A stretch of DNA of 14,924 bases from a virus. The position numbers were made by a program, and so were the translations under genes. This document shows, piece by piece, positions 7,320-14,920 of this stretch. The notes under the pieces were generated by a model. It was not told the DNA's origin, did not search any database, and saw only the letters and a list, made by a program, of their open reading frames with translations. The DNA lies in the UHGV virus genome UHGV-0149279; one strand, 5' to 3'. Position 1 is the first letter of the stretch. Each line of letters opens with the position of its first letter.

Positions 7320-7799
7320 ATGGATAAAATTAATTACCCACCCCTGTTTGAGCCAGGGCTCCATGACATGGATGAAGCTGGATTAAAATCGTATTGTGTC
7401 GATTGCTTTCCTTCATCATCCAGGCGAGGCATGCTATACTGTAATTTTATACAGCTACTCGAATCTATTCGAGAATTATCTGCTCAATATGGCTGTTTTA
7501 CAGAAATATGGGTTGATGGTTCATACACCACGTCTAAACCAGAGCCTGATGATATTGATATTTTGTTGGTATGTGACTATAGCAATATAAACTCAATACC
7601 TGTCATGCTTCGGGGCCGCGTCGATAATTTGCTTGACCGAAACTACATCAAACAAAACTACAAAATTGATGTCCTACTACTCATGAAGAATTTAGATGAC
7701 CCTAACTATGATTATGAGTACTGGCGTAGCTACTGGCGCGGTTGGTTTGGTTTTGATCGCAGTGAAAACCCGAAAGGGTTAGTGAGGATTTTTTTATGA
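7320..7799 (+). CDS. minimal nucleotidyltransferase-fold (Pol-beta superfamily-like) protein, 159 aa
   Basis: FTEIWVDGSYTTSKPEPDDIDILLV fits hG[GS]-x9-D-x-D-h (compare generic MNT LFGSYARGEATEDSDIDLLV); third acidic residue in a hydrophobic strand at KIDVLLL. AT-rich (roughly 35-42% GC by eye versus above 50% in flanks). RBS AAGG. Family assignment is motif-based inference. Confidence 0.5.
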   Translation: MDKINYPPLFEPGLHDMDEAGLKSYCVDCFPSSSRRGMLYCNFIQLLESIRELSAQYGCFTEIWVDGSYTTSKPEPDDIDILLVCDYSNINSIPVMLRGRVDNLLDRNYIKQNYKIDVLLLMKNLDDPNYDYEYWRSYWRGWFGFDRSENPKGLVRIFL

Positions 7800-8728
7800 A
7801 TGATAAATCAATGTTTAAAAATTGCGATAAACGCATTGATTTCATTCAAAAAGAAGTCGATGCAATGAAGCAAAACAAAACCAGGTCCTTTGCTGACATG
7901 CTTCTTTATCGCTCCATGGATTCTCATCTGAGCGATTTGAAGGCCGAAAAATTAAAGCAAGATAGTCGGCACCCACTTATCGATTTTTTTGAGCTGCGGC
8001 TGAAAGGCTCTGAGGTTGACTTTGGCTCTATTCCTTTAGAGCTGCTTGGGGCTATTTCAACAAATCTTGCAGCGCTAATACAAAGAGCAACACACAAAAT
8101 TGCCTCAGGCAAGGACTCAAAAAAAGTTCCCTACGACGTGAAAAGCTCCTTAAACCTCAGGCTGGCTGATTTATCCCCTGGGTCTACAAAATTGGGCGTC
8201 ACCTTCTCTACAGGAATAGCAGAATTAGTAGAAACAGTACCCAGCAAGGCTGTAAAAGGCATATTCGATTTGTTGTTAAGCGATGACGACAACAACTTCA
8301 TGAATCACGTCGCTGAAATTGGATACAATTCCACTGTAAGCCTTAAGAGAATCGTAGAGGAATGCGATAAACACAACTTAACATTTGATGCAAGTTGGAC
8401 CGGTCCATTTAGTAATGGCACCAAGGTGGCAACTATTGACTCCAATAAAATTAAGTACTTGGTGAGTAGACTTACATCAACCATTTCATCCCCTCCCATT
8501 ACTGAAACGGTTACAGGCGAACTGGTCGTTCTATCCAAATATGGGAAGCTGGAGCTTGATGTTGGTGGTGAACATTTAAAGGCTTCCTATCCGATTGAAA
8601 TGCTAGATTTAATACAAAAAAAACACAAGGTCGGACAGATTGTTTCTCTTTTAGTGGAGACTACTGAGATTCACAATGATCGCATAGGTCTGTACCGTAA
8701 AAACCATCTTGTTAAATCGGTTCTTTAA
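7796..8728 (+). CDS. hypothetical protein, 310 aa, translationally coupled to the upstream NTase-like gene
   Basis: ATGA overlap with upstream stop; AT-rich; no motif I can assign (one R-x4-H match, RSMDSH, near the N-terminus is not sufficient to call HEPN). Confidence 0.6.
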   Translation: MNDKSMFKNCDKRIDFIQKEVDAMKQNKTRSFADMLLYRSMDSHLSDLKAEKLKQDSRHPLIDFFELRLKGSEVDFGSIPLELLGAISTNLAALIQRATHKIASGKDSKKVPYDVKSSLNLRLADLSPGSTKLGVTFSTGIAELVETVPSKAVKGIFDLLLSDDDNNFMNHVAEIGYNSTVSLKRIVEECDKHNLTFDASWTGPFSNGTKVATIDSNKIKYLVSRLTSTISSPPITETVTGELVVLSKYGKLELDVGGEHLKASYPIEMLDLIQKKHKVGQIVSLLVETTEIHNDRIGLYRKNHLVKSVL

Positions 8729-8735
8729 TATCTCA

Positions 8736-8759
8736 CCCGGCCACCGCGCCGGGTTTTTT
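8736..8759 (+). terminator. rho-independent terminator after the cassette
   Basis: CCCGGC-caccgc-GCCGGG stem-loop followed by TTTTTT, starting 8 nt after the stop at 8726-8728. Confidence 0.7.
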
Positions 8760-8843
8760 ATTGCCCACCCATAAAGCCATCCTCCATTCTGCCGATAACT
8801 ATCCAGCCTGAAGCTGATAACAATAACTATCGCAACACTACCT

Positions 8844-8868
8844 GCCCGCCCGTGCGGGCTTTTTTATT
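8844..8868 (+). terminator. second plus-strand rho-independent terminator
   Basis: GCCCGC-ccgt-GCGGGC followed by TTTTTTATT; overlaps the 3' end of the convergent minus-strand ORF 8864..9061. Confidence 0.55.
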
Positions 8869-9061
8869 GTCCTTTCCGCACTATCTCAGCTGCATCCCTG
8901 TTCACACCCTTACCTATCACGTTTCCCGTTTCCTTCCGGTACCGTTCCAGCTTGTCGATGATGTTTTGCTGGGTCATAGGTAAATCTGCCAGTGACAACT
9001 CCATGACCGCCCGCCCCATGGCGTGAACCATCATGTTCACTCTTTCTTCATTCAAGCCCAT
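8864..9061 (-). CDS. small hypothetical protein (65 aa), convergent with the cassette
   Basis: Strong RBS AAGGAG about 8 nt upstream of the ATG on the minus strand (reverse complement of 9062-9075); no recognised motif. Confidence 0.5.
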   Translation of the reverse strand: MGLNEERVNMMVHAMGRAVMELSLADLPMTQQNIIDKLERYRKETGNVIGKGVNRDAAEIVRKGQ

Positions 9062-9169
9062 TACCCACTCCTTTTTGATGTTTTTTTCAGCATATCACAT
9101 GCCAAGCAAATCTATAACCAAACCAAATTAACCAATAAATCATAACCTTAATAACCAACACAGAAATAA

Positions 9170-9212
9170 TTAACCATTGGTTATTGACCGAAAATAACCA
9201 TTAGTTAATAAT
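9170..9212 (+). promoter_or_regulatory. pL-like promoter with two OL-like operators
   Basis: -35 TTGACC 9184-9189, 17-bp spacer, -10 AATAAT 9207-9212. Palindromes with the same TTAAC-N5-GTTAA architecture as OR: TTAACCATTGGTTAT 9170-9184 and ATAACCATTAGTTAA 9194-9208. More TAACC repeats upstream (9110-9160). Confidence 0.5.
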
Positions 9213-9625
9213 CAACCCATCGAAACGAAACATCGACAGCTGAGCGAAGTTAGCCAGCGGCGGACAGCAAGTCGCCTGCTTTTTAACAACATGCAGATTT
9301 ACAGCGTCAATGACCTGTTAAGACCCCTACACGTAAACGTGCTGTATCACCGGGTGCGATCCGGTCGGTGAGAGAGTATCCCCGCGCGAGAGCGAGAACG
9401 GCGTGAGAACGGGCAACACTGGCAGGGAGTTGGCGCTGACCAATACAGGGAATGTTATGGGATGTGGTGAAGGGTTCATGGACGGGAATATGTCGCACGT
9501 AAAGCGGCGAGGCCCGAGGAGCTATTGCCGAAGATAAGTAGGCCGAATCGGGTCGAAATGGGTCTCCCACCTACCACATCGCCAAAGCATTTCTCCCGCA
9601 TCAGCGGGTAACGACAGAGGGTTTT

Positions 9626-9910
9626 ATGGCAGACGACGATTATACGATGGCCGAGTTTTGGCGAGACATGAAGCCAGAACTTAAAGAGCGGCGCAGGATA
9701 GCGCGCAACTCGGCACATGAAGGGGTGAAGGCATTCTTTCAGCGTAATGGCGTTGAGTTCGAAGAGGGAGAGAACACCCTCATATTTCGCACGCCGCAAG
9801 GGACTGTTGTTTATTACCCGCCAAGCAAGCGGATGCAGCATAAAACCACATGGCGAACATGCAGCCCTACAGCGTGCATGAATTACGTCAACAAACTCAT
9901 GGCCGCCTAA
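9626..9910 (+). CDS. hypothetical phage protein (94 aa)
   Basis: RBS AGAGGG upstream of ATG; first ORF of the rightward arm after a roughly 410-bp leader. No recognised domain. Confidence 0.5.
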   Translation: MADDDYTMAEFWRDMKPELKERRRIARNSAHEGVKAFFQRNGVEFEEGENTLIFRTPQGTVVYYPPSKRMQHKTTWRTCSPTACMNYVNKLMAA

Positions 9911-9923
9911 CCAGCGGCTTTTT
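9902..9923 (+). terminator. weak candidate terminator overlapping the stop of the 9626..9910 gene
   Basis: GCCGC-ctaacca-GCGGC followed by TTTTT; 5-bp stem only. Confidence 0.3.
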
Positions 9924-10058
9924 CATACCTGGAGTCATTTACGAGTGGCTCAAGTTATGACAACCGGCGGCCATCCACCGCCCATTGAAACACTGAATAA
10001 ATGCGTTGAAGTCTTGTATTAACCGTTCCGTTCGCCGCGATAAGGCCAAGAGGAAATC

Positions 10059-10187
10059 ATGGTAAACCAGCAGCAGATCAGAGAGGCCCAACGGCTCGCG
10101 TCGTTCGCGGTGCTCCATCGCAATGCTCCGGCGTGGGAAGAAGCAAAACGCCTTTACGCCGTCGCCATCGGGAGGACTCTTCACTGA
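10059..10187 (+). CDS. small ORF, 42 aa (MVNQQQIREAQRLASFAVLHRNAPAWEEAKRLYAVAIGRTLH)
   Basis: Below the track's length cutoff; AGGAAA RBS 5 nt upstream; stop TGA overlaps the ATG of the next ORF (TGATG). Confidence 0.35.
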   Translation: MVNQQQIREAQRLASFAVLHRNAPAWEEAKRLYAVAIGRTLH

Positions 10188-10384
10188 TGGAAACTTTATT
10201 CGCACTCGTCCTGACCGTGGCAATGACCAACGGTGATTATCAGGATGTCATTCTCGGCGTTTACGACAGCCAGCAGGAATGCAGCCTGGCAGCTACAGAG
10301 CAGAAAGTGTCAGCTGAGTGCTGGCCGGTAGAAAGCATCATCCGCAACGGCGAGTTCCCGGCGAAATCCATCGCGCAGCAGTAA
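10187..10384 (+). CDS. small protein, 65 aa, with hydrophobic N-terminal segment (METLFALVLTVAMTNG...)
   Basis: ATG within track ORF 10133..10384 (track start is GTG); coupled to upstream small ORF; possible signal or membrane anchor. Confidence 0.45.
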   Translation: METLFALVLTVAMTNGDYQDVILGVYDSQQECSLAATEQKVSAECWPVESIIRNGEFPAKSIAQQ

Positions 10385-10454
10385 CCACCCTATTCAACCG
10401 ATCGGCCTGGCATTACGCGGGCGGGATCTGCACATCCAAATTTCAGGAGAAACC

Positions 10455-11426
10455 ATGAGCGAAGTAACGGACTTAACTGTCATCGAAATCAAGCCGGAAC
10501 AGGCCCCAGTGCTTTACGTAGCGGGCGGCCTTGACGCGTACCTTGAGCAAATCCGCCAGGCTGTAAACGAAGTGCCGGACCTGTCCACGAAGAAAGGCCG
10601 TGACCGTGTTGCCTCTCTGGCAGCGCAGGTGTCCCGCAGCAAGACGGCAATCGAAAAGCCGGGCCGTGAGTACCTGAAGCGCCTGAAAGAGGCTGTGCGT
10701 CCGGCTGAGGCCGAAATTAAGCGATTCGTTGATGCCTGCGACGAGCTGCGCGATGCGACCCGCCGCCCACTCACCGAATGGGAAGCCGAGCAGGAACGCA
10801 TTAAGGCTGAAGAAGCCATGAACGCGATGCACGCCGAAGCGCTGGAGATGAACATCAGGTTCGATCAGGAGCTGGCTGCCAAGTTCGAAGCGGACCACGA
10901 AATGGCTCTACTGATGAACAAGGATTTTGACCGTGACCGCGAAGAGCAGCGCCGTCTGGCGGAACAGGCTCAGCGTGAACGTGATGATCGGCTGAAACAG
11001 GAAGCGGCAGAACAAGCCCGCCGCGATGCCGAAGCGAAGCACAAAGCGGAGATTGAAGCCGCAGCGCGCCGTGAAGCCGAAGAGAAAGCCCGCGCTGAAC
11101 TGGCGGAGCGCCAGCGCGTCGAAGCGGAACAGCGTGCAGCTCGCGAGAAGCAGGAAGCGGAAGCCCGGGCGGAACGCGAAAAAGCCGCGGCGGTTGAAGC
11201 CGAGCGCCTGAAGGCCAAACAGGCCGAAGATGCCCGCCTGGCCGAAGAGAAGCGCCTCGCCGATGAGCAGGCAAAGCGTGAAGCTGACGTTAAGCACCGC
11301 AAGACGGTCGGCACCAACATCGTTAACGCGCTCACCAGCCAAACCAGCTTAACCCGCGAGCAGGCTATCGAAGTGCTTACCGCTCTGAAAGATGACCTGA
11401 TCCCCTGCGCGAAAATTCATTACTGA
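10455..11426 (+). CDS. coiled-coil phage protein with E/R/A/K-rich low-complexity central region (323 aa)
   Basis: RBS AGGAGA; globular N-terminal about 110 aa, then about 180 aa of EAxxRAxxEK-type repeats, short C-terminal domain. Function unknown. Confidence 0.65.
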   Translation: MSEVTDLTVIEIKPEQAPVLYVAGGLDAYLEQIRQAVNEVPDLSTKKGRDRVASLAAQVSRSKTAIEKPGREYLKRLKEAVRPAEAEIKRFVDACDELRDATRRPLTEWEAEQERIKAEEAMNAMHAEALEMNIRFDQELAAKFEADHEMALLMNKDFDRDREEQRRLAEQAQRERDDRLKQEAAEQARRDAEAKHKAEIEAAARREAEEKARAELAERQRVEAEQRAAREKQEAEARAEREKAAAVEAERLKAKQAEDARLAEEKRLADEQAKREADVKHRKTVGTNIVNALTSQTSLTREQAIEVLTALKDDLIPCAKIHY

Positions 11427-11433
11427 GGCAACC

Positions 11434-11718
11434 ATGAACGCATACCTCACTTACGACCGCATCGAAGATCGGCGCTGGGCTGAGCAGCAGATCACCGACG
11501 AGAAAGAGAAGTGGATCGACGACCGGGCGCAGAAAATCATCGACATGATGCCTAAAGAGCCGTCCGGCCTCTTCCACTTCACGATCCCGATAGACTCCAG
11601 CCCATACGAAGGGCTTCGCAGCGATAAAGCTGGCGAGGCCTACAACGATTTCATTTCGGTAGTTGCTTACGCCCAGGCGGAATACGACTGGGAACACCGT
11701 ACCGGCTGCCCGTTTTAA
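11434..11718 (+). CDS. gam: Gam-like host nuclease (RecBCD) inhibitor, short form
   Basis: MNAYLTYDRIEDRRWAEQQITDEKEKW aligns with recalled lambda GamS start [31 protein letters not shown]; position immediately upstream of bet as in lambda. Confidence 0.55.
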   Translation: MNAYLTYDRIEDRRWAEQQITDEKEKWIDDRAQKIIDMMPKEPSGLFHFTIPIDSSPYEGLRSDKAGEAYNDFISVVAYAQAEYDWEHRTGCPF

Positions 11719-11736
11719 TTTTTGAGGGATTTAACA

Positions 11737-12483
11737 ATGAGTACTGCACTTTCCACCATGGCCGGGAAACTGGCCGCACGCCTCGGCATGGATGCCGGTA
11801 CAGACCTGATGAATACGCTGAAGAATACAGCGTTCAAAGGTGGCAACGTCACGGACGAGCAATTTACAGCCCTGCTAATCGTCGCCAACCAGTACGGCCT
11901 GAACCCATGGACCAAAGAGATTTATGCCTTTCCAGATAAAGGCGGGATTGTCCCGGTCGTCGGCGTTGATGGATGGGCTCGCATTATCAACGAACATCCT
12001 CAGTTTGACGGCATGGAATTCTCTTACGACAAGGAGGAAGGCGCGTGTACCTGCAAGATTTACCGCAAAGACCGTAAGCACCCGACCATCGTCACCGAGT
12101 ACATGGGAGAGTGCAAACGCAACACTCAGCCATGGCAGTCCCACCCTACCCGCATGCTTCGCCACAAGACGCTGATCCAGTGCGCGCGTCTGGCCTTTGG
12201 TTTCGCTGGCATCTTCGACCAGGATGAGGCAGAGCGAGTAATTGAAGGAACAACGGCAGAGGTTCATGCGGGCCATGAATCAGATAGCCGCCGCCCGGAA
12301 CTGATCGCAAAAGGTGAGTCCGCCGCGCGCCTTGGAACCGTTAAGTATCAGGAGTTCTGGGTGGCGCTGAGCGCCGAAGAGAAACAGGTGATCGGCGCAG
12401 TTGAGAAACGACGCATGTATGACATGAGTCTTGCTGTCGACAACGCCGAACCTGTCAATGTCGCAGAGACGGAGGCTGAATGA
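11737..12483 (+). CDS. bet: Bet (Red-beta) single-strand annealing protein
   Basis: From ATG at 11737: MSTALSTMAGKLAARLGMD...LLIVANQYGLNPWTKEIYAFPDK..GIVPVVGVDGW..RMLRHKTLIQCARLAFGFAGI, near-identical in pattern to recalled lambda Bet. RBS GAGGGA. Confidence 0.85.
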   Translation: MSTALSTMAGKLAARLGMDAGTDLMNTLKNTAFKGGNVTDEQFTALLIVANQYGLNPWTKEIYAFPDKGGIVPVVGVDGWARIINEHPQFDGMEFSYDKEEGACTCKIYRKDRKHPTIVTEYMGECKRNTQPWQSHPTRMLRHKTLIQCARLAFGFAGIFDQDEAERVIEGTTAEVHAGHESDSRRPELIAKGESAARLGTVKYQEFWVALSAEEKQVIGAVEKRRMYDMSLAVDNAEPVNVAETEAE

Positions 12484-13097
12484 TAGAGCAACGCACCCCT
12501 GAATGGTTTGCTGCGCGCTGCGGCAAGGTCACAGCCAGTCGCCTGGCTGATGTCATGGCCCGGACTAAGTCGGGCTACTCCACCAGCCGCCAGAACTACA
12601 TGGCCGAGCTGATTTGCCAACGGCTGACCGGGAAGCTGGAGGAAGGGTTTTCGAATGCCGCGATGATGCGCGGCACTGAACTTGAGCCAGTGGCACGCGA
12701 AATGTACGCGCTGAATGAGTTCAATGCGGCAATCACTGAAGTTGGGCTCATCGATCACCCAACCATACCCGGATTCGCAGCCAGCCCGGACGGACTTGTC
12801 AACGACGACGGGCTTATCGAAATCAAATGCCCCAACACCTGGACCCATCTTGAAACGCTGAAAACTGGTGAGCCAAATCGCCAGTACATGCTGCAAATGC
12901 ATGCACAGATGATGTGCACCGGGCGGAAATGGTGTGATTTCGTTAGTTTCGATGATCGCCTGCCGCCTGACCTCGCCTATTTCAAGAAGCGGATTCATTT
13001 CGATGAAGAGCTGGCGCGCGAAATCGAATCTGAGGTTAAGAGCTTCCTTGCAGATCTGGAATCGGAAATTCAGAAAATCACAGAGCGTGCAGCATGA
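12480..13097 (+). CDS. exo: YqaJ/lambda-Exo-type 5'-3' exonuclease (PD-(D/E)xK)
   Basis: ATGA overlap with bet; DGLVNDDGLIEIKCP resembles lambda Exo DGLCSDGNGLELKCP catalytic region. Confidence 0.75.
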   Translation: MIEQRTPEWFAARCGKVTASRLADVMARTKSGYSTSRQNYMAELICQRLTGKLEEGFSNAAMMRGTELEPVAREMYALNEFNAAITEVGLIDHPTIPGFAASPDGLVNDDGLIEIKCPNTWTHLETLKTGEPNRQYMLQMHAQMMCTGRKWCDFVSFDDRLPPDLAYFKKRIHFDEELAREIESEVKSFLADLESEIQKITERAA

Positions 13098-13199
13098 AAC
13101 GCACACCATTTTACCGCAGGCCAGGGCGCACCGGGCTATATCCAGCAAAGGCAGTACCCGCGAAACAGCGAGTGATGTCGTAGCCACTTTGGGAGTGCA

Positions 13200-13445
13200 G
13201 TGATGATGAAGCTGATTAATCGCAGTAAGCAATCACCTATTGGTCGCCGCGCTTGCGATGTTGCGCTGGCGGCTCACTTGCAAACATATGGCGACTATGG
13301 GCGAAGCAAGATGAAAGAGACTTATACGGTGAAGGTTGAAGGCGTGAAAGTCTGGGTGGAGGTGGTGAACCGAAAGGCGAGCTACGTGGCCACAGCGATG
13401 ACCGGCATGCGCCGTCTCCGCTCCCTGCCCGGGCAGGTTGGTTGA
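13200..13445 (+). CDS. hypothetical protein (81 aa)
   Basis: RBS GGGAG upstream of ATG; no recognised domain. Confidence 0.45.
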   Translation: MMMKLINRSKQSPIGRRACDVALAAHLQTYGDYGRSKMKETYTVKVEGVKVWVEVVNRKASYVATAMTGMRRLRSLPGQVG

Positions 13446-13486
13446 AAAAGATTTTGAATGGCCCGAACGGGCAACTGGAGAGAGCT

Positions 13487-13684
13487 ATGGATGATATTTT
13501 GGTAACGTCAGACCTGACCAGTCGCTACAAAATTTCACGCAAAACCCTTTGGTCATGGCAAAGTGCAGACACAATGCCTCGGGGCTTCGTATGCCCGTTC
13601 CCACCCCCTGACTGGCCCGGCAACCCTAACCGCTGGCGCTCTGAGTCAATCAAAGAGTGGGAGGATAAAAAGAAGATAAATTAA
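13487..13684 (+). CDS. xis: AlpA-family excisionase / transcriptional regulator
   Basis: [22 protein letters not shown]...GFVCPFPPP....[11 protein letters not shown] matches the AlpA/Xis HTH pattern; preferred ATG at 13487 with GGAGAG RBS (track start 13442 is TTG); overlaps the convergent integrase 3' end. Confidence 0.65.
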
Positions 13685-14874
13685 CTGAAGGGCTCTCCGA
13701 TGATCTCTTCAAGATGGCTCTGCCAAACGCGGAGCCAGTGTTTCTGATCATCGATATAGTCATGAAGGTTGTAATGCGCCATAACCCCCACCATCTGATG
13801 CCCGAGCAGCTTTTCAATTACGTGCGGCGGGCAACCTAACTCAGAGAGATTTGTGGCTATCGTCCGCCTCATATCATGAAGCGACCACTCTGCCATACCT
13901 GTTCCATTCCAAATAGAACGGGCGTAATTGGATGCCACAGGTGAATGAACGGGCGAATCTTTGATCCCGCCATCAATTTTACGTTGTGAAGTCACCAGGT
14001 GATTGGTGTTTATTTTCTTGAGGTGATTTCTGACCAGGTTAACGGCGGCGTCTGAGAGTCCCCTTCTAATATGTACCCGAGTTTTATAACTGCCCGCAGG
14101 CACGACCCACTCATTATCATCCAATCGAAACCATGATCTCTCACTAAGTCGAATCTCAGCCGTACGGCATCCGGTAAGCATAATAAATTTCACCAGGAAT
14201 ACGGACTCTATCGACATATGGCTTTTCAACCACTGATAGATTTTGCGCAGATCGTCATCGTCCATCCTGCGAGTTCTCTTTTTAGGCTTTTGCCCGACAT
14301 CAGATGGCAGTAATCCCTCGAGTGGGTTTGAGGCGATCACACTTCTGTTAACGCAGAACCTAAACGCCCGTTTGCACAGCGAAAGCATGTAATGAGCCAT
14401 CACCCTGCTTTCTATAGAATCGAAGACGTTGATCCAGTGCATTTTCGCTGTGTTATCGACTTTGACATTCTTCATCGGTTCGGCGATATGTTTCTCAAAC
14501 ACCTGGCGATAGTAATCGACTTTAACTAGCCCGTTAGCGATACAGTGCCTTTCAATCCAGTAATTGAACGCTTCGGCAACGGACATCGCTTCCTGTCGGG
14601 TCTGCTTATCCAGCTTCACCTGCTCTCGCGGATCCAGTCCCTCAGTTAACCAGTTTCTGAATTGTTGGCGACGCTCTCTTGCCTGGGTGATACTCATTGC
14701 AGGATAATCACCAACATTGAGTTTTACCGCTTTACCGGCCCAGCGATACCGATAGAAAAATGATATTTTTCCGGCCTGGCTGATTCTGGCGTTGAGCCCG
14801 TGCGAATCAGAAATAATCTCGATATCATCTCTTTTCTTGCCGAGCGCCTTCCTGAGCTTTGTGTCGGTGATCAT
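13681..14874 (-). CDS. int: tyrosine integrase, P4-like family
   Basis: N-terminal [11 protein letters not shown]...[18 protein letters not shown] and C-terminal HDMRRT...LLGHQ...AHYNL (R/H-x-x-R/Y catalytic signature). Track start 14919 is GTG; internal ATGs at 14889 and 14874, neither with a clear SD, so the start is uncertain. Confidence 0.9.
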
Positions 14875-14879
14875 TGAAT

Positions 14880-14920
14880 GGGTACACATTTTTGTTTTTG
14901 GGTACACAAAAGTGTACACA
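14880..14920. repeat. three direct repeats G(G/T)GTACACA at 14880-14888, 14900-14908, 14912-14920 upstream of / overlapping the int 5' end
   Basis: Seen in sequence; core GTGTACAC is self-complementary. Window ends at 14924, so the array may continue. Confidence 0.45.

Noticed and set aside
9307-9841. Minus-strand ORFs 9307..9570 and 9476..9841 in the pL leader region
   Set aside because: They overlap each other and the 9626..9910 gene, lack RBSs and translate to implausible Pro/Arg/Ser-rich sequences; the region is treated as non-coding leader.
10473-11342. Five minus-strand ORFs (10473..10898, 10514..10855, 10855..11274, 10908..11342, 10970..11335) antisense to the coiled-coil gene
   Set aside because: They are products of the GC-rich, low-complexity repeat DNA of the plus-strand gene; they overlap each other, have no RBS and give Ala/Arg/Ser-rich junk translations.
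13094-13183. 29-aa ORF overlapping the exo stop (MKRTPFYRRPGRTGLYPAKAVPAKQRVMS)
   Set aside because: Very short, basic, low-complexity and without a convincing RBS; cannot be supported as a gene from sequence alone.
13681-14919. Track start codons taken at face value (integrase 14919, O 5200, DnaC-like 4277, zinc-finger 5321, xis 13442, bet 11722)
   Set aside because: Several are GTG/TTG or lack an RBS; internal ATGs with better RBSs and/or ATGA coupling to the upstream gene were preferred. Exact starts remain unverified.
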